DNA from: an uncultured Gammaproteobacteria bacterium
GTDB taxonomy: Bacteria > Patescibacteriota > Patescibacteriia > UBA9934
Length of the DNA stretch: 64,000 nt
Direction: 5' to 3'
Assembly: GCA_964401485.1 (NCBI GenBank)
Contig: CAYNYL010000002.1
Coordinates: 36,452-100,451, forward strand
A program made the position numbers and the translations under genes. Below the pieces are notes generated by a model. That model made no database searches. It worked only from the letters and a program-made list of their open reading frames with translations, and was not told the origin of the DNA. Each line of letters starts with the position of its first letter. Positions within the stretch are counted from its first letter, which is position 1. Below are positions 19,196 to 29,001 of the stretch, piece by piece.

Positions 19196-19311
19196 TGTAT
19201 AGGAGAACTATTTAGAGTCGTATAATGTATATTGTGCGACACTTGTCTTCCCTCGTTTTTGAGGCATGGATGGGGGTTTTGGCTCTCCGAAGGGGGTGCT
19301 CCCTTCCCTGG

Positions 19312-20187
19312 TCACTGGTAATAAACCGCAGAGCCAAAGCGCGCGTCGATATAGCGGACTGATTCAATCGGTTCAATTTTTGAAAGTGTCGCCGTGAGAA
19401 GCTGGCGAATTTCGGCGGGAGACGTGCGTACGTCGAGATAGAGGTCTGGACGATTCGCAGTCTTAACCACGAACCACCCTTCCCTGTCGGTTTCGAATAC
19501 GTAAAGGTATGGAATGAATTCGAGTGATCGAAGCACGGCATCTACTTCGAGAAGATGACTCGGCGTGGCGATTTGGAATGGGTGAAGTTCGCTCGTATAA
19601 TCGCCTACAACGTCGATAATTGGCACGGTTGGTTGTAGTGTCGCAATTTGCATCTCCCCCGCCTTATTTGCGAGTTTAAGCGCAATGGCGCCAGCCTCCT
19701 CCTCGGACGGGGCTCGGGTTGGTGTTCCGTCTAGGTCAACGAGTTGGTACCCCTCCCCTGTTCGCAAAATTATTTCCGAAACCCGCTCTTTAACGGTAAT
19801 GGTTAATACGTGATTTTCGACGCGCATTTCAATCGATTCGAGGTCAAATTTAGCAAGGGCTTGCTCTGCCCTTTCGGCGCGGAAAAACGGGGTTTGGCGA
19901 CGCGGAAAAAGCAAGAGTGCACGACGGTCGAGTGACTCCGAAACAGCCGTTTCGATTGTAAATGGATCGATCGTTGTTGCGCCTACAACAAGGACGGAGG
20001 TGATCCGAAAAAATGGCGAAAGGAGCAGGCTTATGCAAATACCGATAAGAAAAACGCTCGGAATCGCAAATCCGAGTCGTTTTTGCCACTTGGTTCGGAG
20101 CCGCTTTTTATGAAAAAGCTCATTCCGATAAGGGTTTTCCTTATGGCTTTGAATTTCTTCTGCAATGAGATAGTTCCTCCTTCCCAT
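19312..20187 (-). CDS. ftsQ: Cell division protein FtsQ/DivIB-like
   Basis: Short cytoplasmic N-term, single TM (IPSVFLIGICISLLL), POTRA-like region; 291 aa. Confidence 0.65.
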   Translation of the reverse strand: MGRRNYLIAEEIQSHKENPYRNELFHKKRLRTKWQKRLGFAIPSVFLIGICISLLLSPFFRITSVLVVGATTIDPFTIETAVSESLDRRALLLFPRRQTPFFRAERAEQALAKFDLESIEMRVENHVLTITVKERVSEIILRTGEGYQLVDLDGTPTRAPSEEEAGAIALKLANKAGEMQIATLQPTVPIIDVVGDYTSELHPFQIATPSHLLEVDAVLRSLEFIPYLYVFETDREGWFVVKTANRPDLYLDVRTSPAEIRQLLTATLSKIEPIESVRYIDARFGSAVYYQ

Positions 20188-20188
20188 G

Positions 20189-21451
20189 CTATACGCCGAG
20201 AACGGTTTTTCCGCCTAGGTAAGGTTGTAGTGCCTTTGGGATTCGGATTGTGCCGTCTTCTTGCTGGTGATTCTCAAGGAGGGCGATCATCGTTCGTCCG
20301 AGTGCGAATGCGGTGCCGTTGAGGGTGTGGAGGTAGCGTGTACCGGAGTCATCCTTTACGCGTGTCTCAAGGCGTCGTGCTTGGAAGTCGGTTGTTGTGC
20401 TGCACGAGTGCGTTTCGCGGTAGGTGTTTTGTGTTGGAATCCAGGCCTCGATATCGTATTTTTTTGCGGCTGGAAGCCCGAGGTCGCCGGAGCCGATGAG
20501 GAGGACGTGATATGGGATTTCAAGCCCTTGCATCAATGTTTCCTCGATTGAAAGAATGAGCTCATGTTCACTTGCATCCGATTCCGGTAATGCAAAGCTA
20601 AACATCTCGATTTTATCGAATTGGTGCATACGCATCATTCCCTTTGTGTCCTTGCCGTAAGATCCGGCCTCACGACGGTAGCAAGGAGAGATTCCGACGT
20701 AGCGCTTCGGAAGATCGCTTGCCTTGAACGTCTCCCCCATGTGGAGCGGGCCGATCGCTTGCTCGGAAGTCCCGATCAAGTATTGGTTGTCTTTCTCGAG
20801 ATAATAAATTTCATCTTGTCCTCCGTGCTCGAGATAGCCCATGGCGCGCATCGCTTCAGCATTCACAAGGTGCGGAACGGAGATCGGGGTAAATCCATGT
20901 GTTTTTGCGACGTCGAGCGCGTAGGCGGTAAGGGCCATTTGAAGGAGGACGCCGTCGCCCTTTACGTAGGCGAATCGTGCACCGCTGACCTTTGCCCCGC
21001 GCTCAAGATCAAAGAGCCCGAGCGCCTCGCCAAGCGTCGCATGATCTTTTGGTTCAAAAGTGAATTTGGTTGGTTCCCCAACGGTTCGAATAACGGTATT
21101 TGCGCTCTCACCCTCGCCTACCGGGACGTCTGGGAGTGGAGGATTTGGCAATTTGTAGAGCAGATCATTAAGCTCAGTTTCAAGCGGGGCGATCTTTTCA
21201 AGGAGTGCTTTTTCGGTATCGCCAAGAGCGCGCATCGATTCAATCAATGCTTTTTTCTCGTCACCTTGGGCGCTCGCGATCGTTCCAGAGGCGGCATTCT
21301 TTTTTGCGGAGATACCCTCGATTTCCGTTTTGAGCGCGCGGACTTCCTCATCAAGAGCAAGGATACGATCGAGGCTGACATCTACCCCCTTCGCTTTTGC
21401 ACCGGCTTTATAGGCTTCCCCCTGTTCTCGAAGCTTTTTGAGATCAATCAT
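20189..21451 (-). CDS. serS: Seryl-tRNA synthetase
   Basis: N-terminal coiled-coil arm, class II motifs (ISPCYRREAGS, GSGDLGLPAAKKYDIE), 420 aa. Confidence 0.92.
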   Translation of the reverse strand: MIDLKKLREQGEAYKAGAKAKGVDVSLDRILALDEEVRALKTEIEGISAKKNAASGTIASAQGDEKKALIESMRALGDTEKALLEKIAPLETELNDLLYKLPNPPLPDVPVGEGESANTVIRTVGEPTKFTFEPKDHATLGEALGLFDLERGAKVSGARFAYVKGDGVLLQMALTAYALDVAKTHGFTPISVPHLVNAEAMRAMGYLEHGGQDEIYYLEKDNQYLIGTSEQAIGPLHMGETFKASDLPKRYVGISPCYRREAGSYGKDTKGMMRMHQFDKIEMFSFALPESDASEHELILSIEETLMQGLEIPYHVLLIGSGDLGLPAAKKYDIEAWIPTQNTYRETHSCSTTTDFQARRLETRVKDDSGTRYLHTLNGTAFALGRTMIALLENHQQEDGTIRIPKALQPYLGGKTVLGV

Positions 21452-21848
21452 AGTTGAGTTTTGAAGATTTGTAGCGATCCGGTTCGTAAGGGCTTCCCGT
21501 ACGGACTTCGAAATTTAGTGTATGCGCTTTTAGATAGGTCGTAAAGTCGGCTTTAAGAGCGGATTGATCATAGCCGAAGAAGACGAAATCGGGATGCGTG
21601 GTCGCAATAATTGTGTAGGTGCCCGGGTGCGTATCGCTTTGGTGTACCTCGCTTACGAGGCCGGACGTCTCGAGCGCGCGTTTCCGGGCTTCATACGTGA
21701 ATTTCGGCGCCTTTCCCTTGAATGATCTGACCGTTTCGTCGGTGGGCAGGCTTACGATCACGTCGCCAAGTTCGCCCGCCTCTTTAAGGAAAAATACGTG
21801 TCCCGGGTGAAGTCCATCGAAGCTCCCGAAAACAAGGACTCTCGGCAT
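21444..21848 (-). CDS. Cytidylyltransferase-like HxGH nucleotidyltransferase (TagD/RfaE-domain-II-like)
   Basis: VLVFGSFDGLHPGHVFFLKEA (HxGH motif) in a 134-aa protein. Confidence 0.6.
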   Translation of the reverse strand: MPRVLVFGSFDGLHPGHVFFLKEAGELGDVIVSLPTDETVRSFKGKAPKFTYEARKRALETSGLVSEVHQSDTHPGTYTIIATTHPDFVFFGYDQSALKADFTTYLKAHTLNFEVRTGSPYEPDRYKSSKLNYD

Positions 21849-21849
21849 A

Positions 21850-23343
21850 TTATTCTTCCGCTTCGCTTGCGCCTTCGTCGGTCAAAAGCGGTTTAAGCGT
21901 TGGGAAGAGGATGACTTCCTTGAGGTTTGGCGCACCCGTGAGAAGCATGACGAAGCGGTCGATTCCAAGTCCGTATCCAGCCGTTGGTGGAAGACCGGTT
22001 TTAAGCGCCGATAAGAAGTCATGGTCGATTGCCTGGGCCTCGTCACTTCCCCGCTCTCGGAGCGCGTCTTGCTCGTTAAATCGCTCTTCTTGCTCGATTG
22101 GGTCGTTGAGCTCGTTAAACGCGTTCCAAACCTCGACCCCTTTAATAACGAGTTGGGCACTTGCCGAGTAGTTCGGACGCTCTTCGCTTCGCTTTGCGAG
22201 CGGTTTCATTGATGCTGGGTACTCCGTGACAAATGTTGGTTGAACGATAAGTGGACGCACCTTTTCCTTGTAGAGCACATCAAAAAGCGCACCAAGACCA
22301 ATCGTTTCTTTTGCGTCCTTGATTCCCTCTTCGATCATTTTTGCGCGAAGCGCTTCTTCCGTCGTGTACGCATCGATATCGATTCCCGTTTTCTCAAGGA
22401 TGGCCTCTCTAAACGTGATGCGTTTGATCGGTCCTGAAAAATCAAGCGACAAGTCTCCGTGGTCAAGAATTCCGGTTGGCGAAAGAGCGAACACGACACG
22501 CTTAATAAGCGCCTCAATATGCTCGATTAAATCCTCGATTGTCGCGTATGCCCAGTAGCACTCGATTTGTGTAAATTCCGGGTTGTGTTGCGGACTGATC
22601 CCTTCATTGCGGAAGCAGCGTGCGTACTCGTACACTTTCTCGAATCCGCCAACGATTAAGCGTTTAAGGTAGAGTTCTGGCGCAATACGGAGGTAGAAGT
22701 CGTGGTGAAGCGTGTTGTGGTGTGTGACGAATGGATTTGCCGCTGCCCCTCCAGCAATTGGTTGGAGGATCGGCGTTTCAACTTCAAGAAATCCTTGTTC
22801 CTCGAGGTAGCTTCGGATAATGCCGACGATCTTTGAACGCGTCTTTGCGAGCGCCATCGATGATGGATTGACGATCAAGTCGAGATAGCGTTGGCGGTAG
22901 CGCTTTTCCGTATCGGTAAGTCCGTGAAATTTCTCTGGAAGTGGAAGGAGAGCCTTTGTTAGTAGCGTGTAGCGCTTTGTATCAATCGACTTCTCCCCTT
23001 TCATTGTTTTAAAAACCGTTCCTTCAAAACGATAAAAGTCACCAACGTCCGTTTCGTTGTGGAATTGATCGTAGGCGGGTACGCCAACAACGTCGCGGTG
23101 GAGGGCGACTTGGATAATCCCTGTTGCATCTTCAACGCGAACGAAGGTAAGTCCGCCATGCTTGCGAAGGGCGCGAATTCTTCCTGCAATCGAGACAACC
23201 GTTTTTTCAGCCTCGAATTGGTCGAATCGTACTAATACGGTTTCAGCGTCGTGGGTGTGCGCACCGTTTGGGGTGTACGGATTTCGCCCGTCCTTGATAA
23301 TCTGCTCTCGGCGTTCACGCCTTACGAGCTCCTCTTTGATCAT
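21850..23343 (-). CDS. lysS: Lysyl-tRNA synthetase (class II)
   Basis: OB-fold N-domain, class II motifs FRNEGISPQHNPEFTQIECYWAY, GLGIDRFVMLL; 497 aa. Confidence 0.92.
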   Translation of the reverse strand: MIKEELVRRERREQIIKDGRNPYTPNGAHTHDAETVLVRFDQFEAEKTVVSIAGRIRALRKHGGLTFVRVEDATGIIQVALHRDVVGVPAYDQFHNETDVGDFYRFEGTVFKTMKGEKSIDTKRYTLLTKALLPLPEKFHGLTDTEKRYRQRYLDLIVNPSSMALAKTRSKIVGIIRSYLEEQGFLEVETPILQPIAGGAAANPFVTHHNTLHHDFYLRIAPELYLKRLIVGGFEKVYEYARCFRNEGISPQHNPEFTQIECYWAYATIEDLIEHIEALIKRVVFALSPTGILDHGDLSLDFSGPIKRITFREAILEKTGIDIDAYTTEEALRAKMIEEGIKDAKETIGLGALFDVLYKEKVRPLIVQPTFVTEYPASMKPLAKRSEERPNYSASAQLVIKGVEVWNAFNELNDPIEQEERFNEQDALRERGSDEAQAIDHDFLSALKTGLPPTAGYGLGIDRFVMLLTGAPNLKEVILFPTLKPLLTDEGASEAEE

Positions 23344-23807
23344 ACTTCGTCGAGTGATTGAATCGTGTATTCGATTATACCATTTGGTCCTTCAAAGGAC
23401 GCGGTATCTCCAACCGATTTTCCGAGGAAGGCATTTCCAAGCGGTGAGTCGTTACTAATTTTCCCCTTGATCGGGTCAGTTTCCGCGGCTCCGACGAGCA
23501 TGAATTGTCGTGTCGCCCCGTCCTTCATCTTTACGGTAAAACGACTTCCGAGCCCGATGGTCGTTCCTCCTTTTTTCATGTCAACCACAACGGCATTTTT
23601 CACCATTTCCTCGAGACGGAAGATTTCTGTTTCATTCTCCGCTTGGAGTTCTTTTGCGTTATGATATTCAAAATTCTCGGAAAGATCTCCTTGATCTTTC
23701 GCAAGACCAATGCGTTCCGCGAGTTCCTTTCGTTTCTCGCCTCGTCGTACGGCAAGTTCCGCCTCGATTTCGGCTAGCTTTTCTTTCGATAAAAATAATG
23801 GGTGCAT
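23340..23807 (-). CDS. greA: Transcription elongation factor GreA
   Basis: 155 aa; N-terminal coiled coil with acidic tip (DLSENFEYH), C-terminal FKBP-like domain. Confidence 0.88.
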   Translation of the reverse strand: MHPLFLSKEKLAEIEAELAVRRGEKRKELAERIGLAKDQGDLSENFEYHNAKELQAENETEIFRLEEMVKNAVVVDMKKGGTTIGLGSRFTVKMKDGATRQFMLVGAAETDPIKGKISNDSPLGNAFLGKSVGDTASFEGPNGIIEYTIQSLDEV

Positions 23808-23849
23808 ATGGATAATACCGCCTTACGGGCGGTAGACGTAAATCATACC

Positions 23850-25802
23850 TTATTCCGCAAAATTAGCAAACCATTGCGTTAGGACTTCCCGAGCGATTGG
23901 GATCGCAAGACCGTCGCCACCTTCTTCGACAAGGACTGAAATGGCAATTTCCGGCTCGTCATACGGGGCAAATCCAATAAACCAAGAGTGTGGCGCTTTT
24001 GTTGAGGACCATTGTGCCGTTCCCGTCTTGCCGGCAACGGGAACGGGGACTTGTTGGAGTGATTGAGCAGAGCCAATAGTGACGGTTTGCCGCATCCCGA
24101 TTCGTACTTCATTCACAATATCGGGTTCGAGTATTTGTGTGCGAGTTGTTTCGCGTGCTCTATTGAGCTTTGGATCGACAAGAAATCCGCCGTTTGCGAA
24201 TACCGATGCGACGCGTGCCATTTGGAGCGGAGAAACGAGAATGTCTCCTTGGCCGATTGAAACATTGTAGGTGTCCCCGATGTACCACCGCTCACCCTTT
24301 GTTTTTTCTTTCCATTCTTTTGAAGGGAGAAACCCCTCTGCATCCCCGAAGAGATCAATGTGGGTTTGCTTCCCTAGCCCGAAGAGACTCGCGTATTCCA
24401 TCAACTTTTCAACCCCCAGTCCTTCGAAATCCTCGTAACCTCCTCCGAGATAGTAGAAGAATGTGTTTACCGAGTCGGCGATGGCGAAGTACATATTCGT
24501 TGGACCGTGTCCTCCCCCGCGCCAGTCCGGGAAGAACCATGGACCAACCTGAATTCCGCCCGTTGAGTAAATGACCGTTTGCCGATTGATAATGCCTTCG
24601 ATAAGTCCTCCGGCAATGTAGATTGGTTTGATTGTTGATCCGGCCGGAAAGTTTCCCGAGGTTGCCCGAGGAAAGAGCGGGCGTCGAGGATCGTTTAGAA
24701 GTGCTTCATAGTCGCTTGCGTTATTTTTCTTCGAGAAAAGATTTGCGTCATAGGCTGGCCAGGAAACGAGTGCAAGGAGTTCCCCGGTGGCGGGGTCCAT
24801 GACGACGACGGAGGCGTTTGTTGCGCCTGTTCCTGCGAGACGGGCTTCGATTATTTGCTCGATTACCGTGTGGAATCGTGCGTCAACAGAGAGGGTGAGC
24901 GCCTCCCCTGGTATTGGGTCTGTTTTTTCAATAATGCGTCGTTCCCGACCGCGCGCATCAACCTCAAGAATTGTTTTTCCAAATGTTCCTCGTAGGGCAT
25001 CCTCGTAGAATTTTTCAATACCTTGTTTTCCGATGACGTCGAATCGGCGATACCCCTTCTCTCTGTTTTGTGCGTATTCATCGGTATTCACGATTCCGAC
25101 GTAACCGAGGATGTGTGAGAGCGTTGGGATCGCGTAACTCAAGTATTCTCGTTTCGAGCTCATTTCAAGCGAGACGCCCGGGAATCGATTCCCTTCGGCG
25201 AGAAATAGCACGGCCTGTTCGTGGGTGATTGTATCAGAAAGTAGGATCGTCTCTCGATCAACCTTCTCTTTTAGGATTTGTTCGTAGATTGGGATCGGAT
25301 TAATTCCATAGGTGTTTGCGAGCTCGGTTGCGAGGGCCGTTGCCGATTCCTTCTCTTTGGGAAGAAGTGTTGGATTCAAGATGAGCTGAAAGACGGGAAT
25401 GTTCTTTGCAAGCACAAGCCCATTTCGATCGTAAATAACACCACGCTCGCTTGGTGTTACGAGTGTATAGATGCGGTTGTTTTCGGCGAGTGCGCGATAC
25501 GAGGTTCCCTTGATGAGCTGGAGGTAAGCGACGCGTCCGAGGAATAAGAGTGTAACGATCGTGAGAGCGAAAAGAGCGTAACGAAGTCGACTCGTTAGTG
25601 TTTGTGTCCCAAGAAATTGTCTTTGCTTTGAGCGTTCGAGTTCAGTTCCGGTTGCAATGACGCGCTCGAAAAATTGATCCGACTCGGATTCGTTGAGTAT
25701 TACCCGATCGTCGCTGTGTTCAATCGGGAAGATTGCATGTGAAGACTTGCGTTTAAGCCACATACTAGCGCAAGTAAAATACTTTTCGAAGAAGGAATTC
25801 AA
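23850..25802 (-). CDS. mrdA: Penicillin-binding protein 2 (elongasome transpeptidase)
   Basis: 650 aa, N-terminal TM, transpeptidase motifs (STIKP, SxN, KTGTA); directly upstream of mreDCB. Confidence 0.88.
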   Translation of the reverse strand: MNSFFEKYFTCASMWLKRKSSHAIFPIEHSDDRVILNESESDQFFERVIATGTELERSKQRQFLGTQTLTSRLRYALFALTIVTLLFLGRVAYLQLIKGTSYRALAENNRIYTLVTPSERGVIYDRNGLVLAKNIPVFQLILNPTLLPKEKESATALATELANTYGINPIPIYEQILKEKVDRETILLSDTITHEQAVLFLAEGNRFPGVSLEMSSKREYLSYAIPTLSHILGYVGIVNTDEYAQNREKGYRRFDVIGKQGIEKFYEDALRGTFGKTILEVDARGRERRIIEKTDPIPGEALTLSVDARFHTVIEQIIEARLAGTGATNASVVVMDPATGELLALVSWPAYDANLFSKKNNASDYEALLNDPRRPLFPRATSGNFPAGSTIKPIYIAGGLIEGIINRQTVIYSTGGIQVGPWFFPDWRGGGHGPTNMYFAIADSVNTFFYYLGGGYEDFEGLGVEKLMEYASLFGLGKQTHIDLFGDAEGFLPSKEWKEKTKGERWYIGDTYNVSIGQGDILVSPLQMARVASVFANGGFLVDPKLNRARETTRTQILEPDIVNEVRIGMRQTVTIGSAQSLQQVPVPVAGKTGTAQWSSTKAPHSWFIGFAPYDEPEIAISVLVEEGGDGLAIPIAREVLTQWFANFAE

Positions 25803-26277
25803 CGTAGCGGGCGGTAAGGTATGCGACGTAAAGCGATAACAGGAGAACGACGAGGTCTCTTGGGATTTCGGTAAGTTCCCTTCCCGTGGAGAGTTCGGGT
25901 ACCTTGGAAAAAAGTTGCGCGATTTCTATACTCACAATACGAAGAATTCGTTCGGAGATAAATAGACTTCCGCCAAGTGCGAGAAGCGCATAAAGCGAAC
26001 GATGGGCGAATGTTTGTTTGGTAAGAAATGCGCCGATGCCCGCGAGGATAAATGCATGCCAAAAAAACGGTTCATTAAATCCAAAAAGCAGGCCGAGAAG
26101 CCCTGTGAGAATGAACCAGACAACCCCCTCAATTATTCCTACGCGATGAAGGAGAACGACGCCAACAACAAAGACAAGCGGAACAAGCGAAAATGGGCGC
26201 GGGAGCGGTTGAAGTAGGCTTGTTTCAATAACGACGCAGGAGGCAAATAGGAGTGGAAGGAAGAGCGACCGAATCAT
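25765..26277 (-). CDS. mreD: Rod shape-determining protein MreD
   Basis: 170-aa polytopic membrane protein between mreC and mrdA. Confidence 0.7.
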   Translation of the reverse strand: MIRSLFLPLLFASCVVIETSLLQPLPRPFSLVPLVFVVGVVLLHRVGIIEGVVWFILTGLLGLLFGFNEPFFWHAFILAGIGAFLTKQTFAHRSLYALLALGGSLFISERILRIVSIEIAQLFSKVPELSTGRELTEIPRDLVVLLLSLYVAYLTARYVEFLLRKVFYLR

Positions 26278-27095
26278 AGTGCGTCCTTTGGAGGGAGGAG
26301 AATAAGAACGGTGCCGTAACGACGAGCGTCCACAAGCGGTTCAATGATTGCCGTTTGAAACGAAGAATTCTCCTCGGAGGTGACCTCTCGGACAACGCCG
26401 ACAATGAGTCCTGATGGGACATGGGACTGTGCGCCGGTTGTTGTTATGAGATCTCCGATCTGGACGAGCTCGGATTTCGGAATAAGCGACATGTTAAGAA
26501 AATAGCCGTTCTGCCCCTCGATGATTCCGGTTGTTTGCCCGCGGGTTGCGAGCGCTCCTGGGATTTTTGTTTGTTTGTCGGTAAGGAGGCGTACGACCGA
26601 TGTGTGATTTCCGACACGGTCGACTATTCCAAGAAGATGGCCTTGCTCAACGATAACGGGACGTCCAATAGTGATCCCGTCTGCGCTTCCCTTGTCGAGA
26701 AGGAGCATGTGCTCGTCCTCCTCGCTCCTTGAGAGAACCCGCGCCACCTGAGTTTGGTTTTCTGTAGTCTGTGTATAGTCGAGTAGTCGTTCAAGCTCGC
26801 GCACTTGCTCCTTGAGTGATGCAAGTTCGATTCTATCGGTTGCGAGCGCTTGCGCGAGTTCGCGGTAATGGTTGCGTTCAAGTTCGAGCTCCGCTTTCTT
26901 TGTATAAATATGCGAATAGACGCTGAAAATACCGTTTCCAATTCCGTAAAGTTGGCGTTGAAGAAAAAGTCGTCCGGCGTCAAAAAAACTCACTTGAAGT
27001 AACAATAGAAGCCCGAGAACGATGACAACAAAAAGGATAGCGCCTCGGTATTCGGCATCGAGAAGTTGGGCGATTGGTGTTCTTGTGCGCTTCAT
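26274..27095 (-). CDS. mreC: Rod shape-determining protein MreC
   Basis: N-terminal TM, coiled coil, beta-rich C-terminal domain; 273 aa; position in mreBCD. Confidence 0.8.
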   Translation of the reverse strand: MKRTRTPIAQLLDAEYRGAILFVVIVLGLLLLLQVSFFDAGRLFLQRQLYGIGNGIFSVYSHIYTKKAELELERNHYRELAQALATDRIELASLKEQVRELERLLDYTQTTENQTQVARVLSRSEEDEHMLLLDKGSADGITIGRPVIVEQGHLLGIVDRVGNHTSVVRLLTDKQTKIPGALATRGQTTGIIEGQNGYFLNMSLIPKSELVQIGDLITTTGAQSHVPSGLIVGVVREVTSEENSSFQTAIIEPLVDARRYGTVLILLPPKDAL

Positions 27096-27100
27096 TTTGA

Positions 27101-28153
27101 TTAGGTGTAACGCTCGTCACTTGTTGAAGGGAGGGTCACGTGTCGAAGGAGCGTTTGGTCATCGATTAGGACGCCTGTTCCTCGTACGGCGCAGGTGAGT
27201 GGATCGTCAGCAATATGAACTGGGATATCCGCTTCTTTCGCGATCAGGCGGTCAAGTCCTCGAAGAAGTGCTCCTCCCCCGGTGAGCACAATTCCCTTTT
27301 CGTAAATATCAGCCACGAGTTCCGGCGGGGTCGCTTCAAGCGTGGCCTTAATATTTTCAACGATATGGCGAAGCGATTTGTAGATCGCCTCTCGTACCTG
27401 TCCATCGTTAAGTAAAATTTCTTTCGGTAGTCCAGTAATCAAATCTCGTCCGCGTACCTCCATCGTTCCCGTTTGGTCGAGAGGAATCGCACTTCCTATG
27501 GTGCATTTTGTCATCTCCGCGACACGGTCTCCGATGAGAAGATTGAACACGTCGCGCGCAAATTGCATGATGTTTTTCGTTAGCTCATCTCCCGCGATCG
27601 AGAGAGCCTTCCACGTTACAACGCCGTTAAGCGAGATCACGGCAATTTCGGTTTTTCCTCCCCCGATGTCGACAACCATACTTCCCAAAGAATCGGAAAT
27701 CGGGAGCCTCGCTCCAAGCGCGGAAGTGATAACACCCTCAACGAGCGAAACTTCTCGCGCCCCTGCGGAAAACGCGGCATCTTCAACCGCCTTTCGTTCA
27801 ACCTCCGTCATCTCAAGCGGTACCCCGATAATGACTTTTGGGCGCGGAACGATCGTGAAGCTTTCCTCGTGAATATGATCAAGAAAATACTTGAGCATTT
27901 TCTCCGCGATTTCAAAATCCGAAATGACTCCTTTAGAGAGTGGTCTTGTCGTTGTGATGTGTGGCGGTGTCTTTCCGACCATGTCGCGAGCGGATCTCCC
28001 AACGGCAATCATTTGGTTACTGCGTGTATTTACGGCGACAATGGACGGTTCGTTAAGCACGATCCCACGTTCTTTTACGAAAATCCGGGTATTTGATGTA
28101 CCAAAATCGATTCCAATATCTTCTGAAAAGCGTCCGAGTAGTCTATTGAACAT
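27101..28153 (-). CDS. mreB: Rod shape-determining protein MreB (actin homologue)
   Basis: GIDFGTSNTRIF, VVDIGGGKTEIAV, actin-fold phosphate loops; 350 aa. Confidence 0.93.
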   Translation of the reverse strand: MFNRLLGRFSEDIGIDFGTSNTRIFVKERGIVLNEPSIVAVNTRSNQMIAVGRSARDMVGKTPPHITTTRPLSKGVISDFEIAEKMLKYFLDHIHEESFTIVPRPKVIIGVPLEMTEVERKAVEDAAFSAGAREVSLVEGVITSALGARLPISDSLGSMVVDIGGGKTEIAVISLNGVVTWKALSIAGDELTKNIMQFARDVFNLLIGDRVAEMTKCTIGSAIPLDQTGTMEVRGRDLITGLPKEILLNDGQVREAIYKSLRHIVENIKATLEATPPELVADIYEKGIVLTGGGALLRGLDRLIAKEADIPVHIADDPLTCAVRGTGVLIDDQTLLRHVTLPSTSDERYT

Positions 28154-28207
28154 AAGGGGTTTGAGACCTCATTTTAACCAAGTCCCCATGATTAGCAAGG
28201 GACATTT

Positions 28208-28609
28208 TTGCCGTGGTATACTAGCGTTATGAATATTCGCCAATATCTCACGGTTTTCCTTCTCGGCGCCCTGTTGACGGCTGGGTCATTTCTCGTTGTT
28301 CTGTTCAATGTGGATCCGCTCGAGGCGGGATTTTTCGGTCTTCTTCTCTTTCATTTTACCTTCTTTTTGGCACTTACAAGTACGTCGATTACCGTTGTGA
28401 CGTCACTCCGCGTTTGGTTTTCAAGCGAGGAAGATGTGCCACGTGCGATGAATAATTCGCTCCGTCAAAGTATCCTCTTTTCACTTCTTATTACGCTCCT
28501 TCTTTTGTTCTCCGGACTACAGCTTCTCCACTGGTGGATCTTTCTTCTTCTGTTCGTTGTGGTTGGTGTTATCGAGTACTTTTTTCTTGAAACCAAACAG
28601 GGGGATTAG
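28208..28609 (+). CDS. Hypothetical membrane protein (4 TM)
   Basis: Hydrophobic throughout; probable start MNIRQYL at 28229. Confidence 0.4.
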   Translation: MPWYTSVMNIRQYLTVFLLGALLTAGSFLVVLFNVDPLEAGFFGLLLFHFTFFLALTSTSITVVTSLRVWFSSEEDVPRAMNNSLRQSILFSLLITLLLLFSGLQLLHWWIFLLLFVVVGVIEYFFLETKQGD

Positions 28610-29001
28610 TCTCGTTCCCGAACGGATTCTGGCCGGAGGGAAATTTCTATTTCATGGAGCGTGACACTTGGGAAGGCCCGTAGGATGGCGTCTTTAAGCC
28701 CTTCGCTCAGTGGTCGAAGCGCCTGTACGGTCTCGGGATATGAGCAAGCGATCGAAAGTTTATTGAATTTGTAAGAGACGACACGAAAATCAAGGTGCAT
28801 GTGTCGGTCCGTAGCGCTTTTTAGTTCTTCCTCTGCGCGTTTAACAATCATCGCCGACTCGACTTGTCCCGCAATCCCGTGCTTTGAAAGGGTTGCACGC
28901 AAAAGATCGCCGATCGCCACCGTTTTCGCTTTACGCGGGCGGTCGGGAGACGGTTTTCGAGGCTGATACTTGTAGGAGAAATTAGGCTTCTGAAAATTCA
29001 C
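28606..29001 (-). CDS. DUF721 (DciA-like) family small protein
   Basis: 131 aa; central GDLLRATL ... HLDFRVVSYKFNKLSIACSYPETVQAL pattern resembles DUF721; low-confidence recall. Confidence 0.4.
   Translation of the reverse strand: MNFQKPNFSYKYQPRKPSPDRPRKAKTVAIGDLLRATLSKHGIAGQVESAMIVKRAEEELKSATDRHMHLDFRVVSYKFNKLSIACSYPETVQALRPLSEGLKDAILRAFPSVTLHEIEISLRPESVRERD

Noticed and set aside
21060-21080. GGTTCGAAT (T-loop-like) motif inside serS
   Set aside because: No flanking complementary T-stem or acceptor stem; coding sequence.
20621-21457. 278-aa plus-strand ORF antisense to serS
   Set aside because: No motifs, overlaps the entire conserved SerS catalytic domain.
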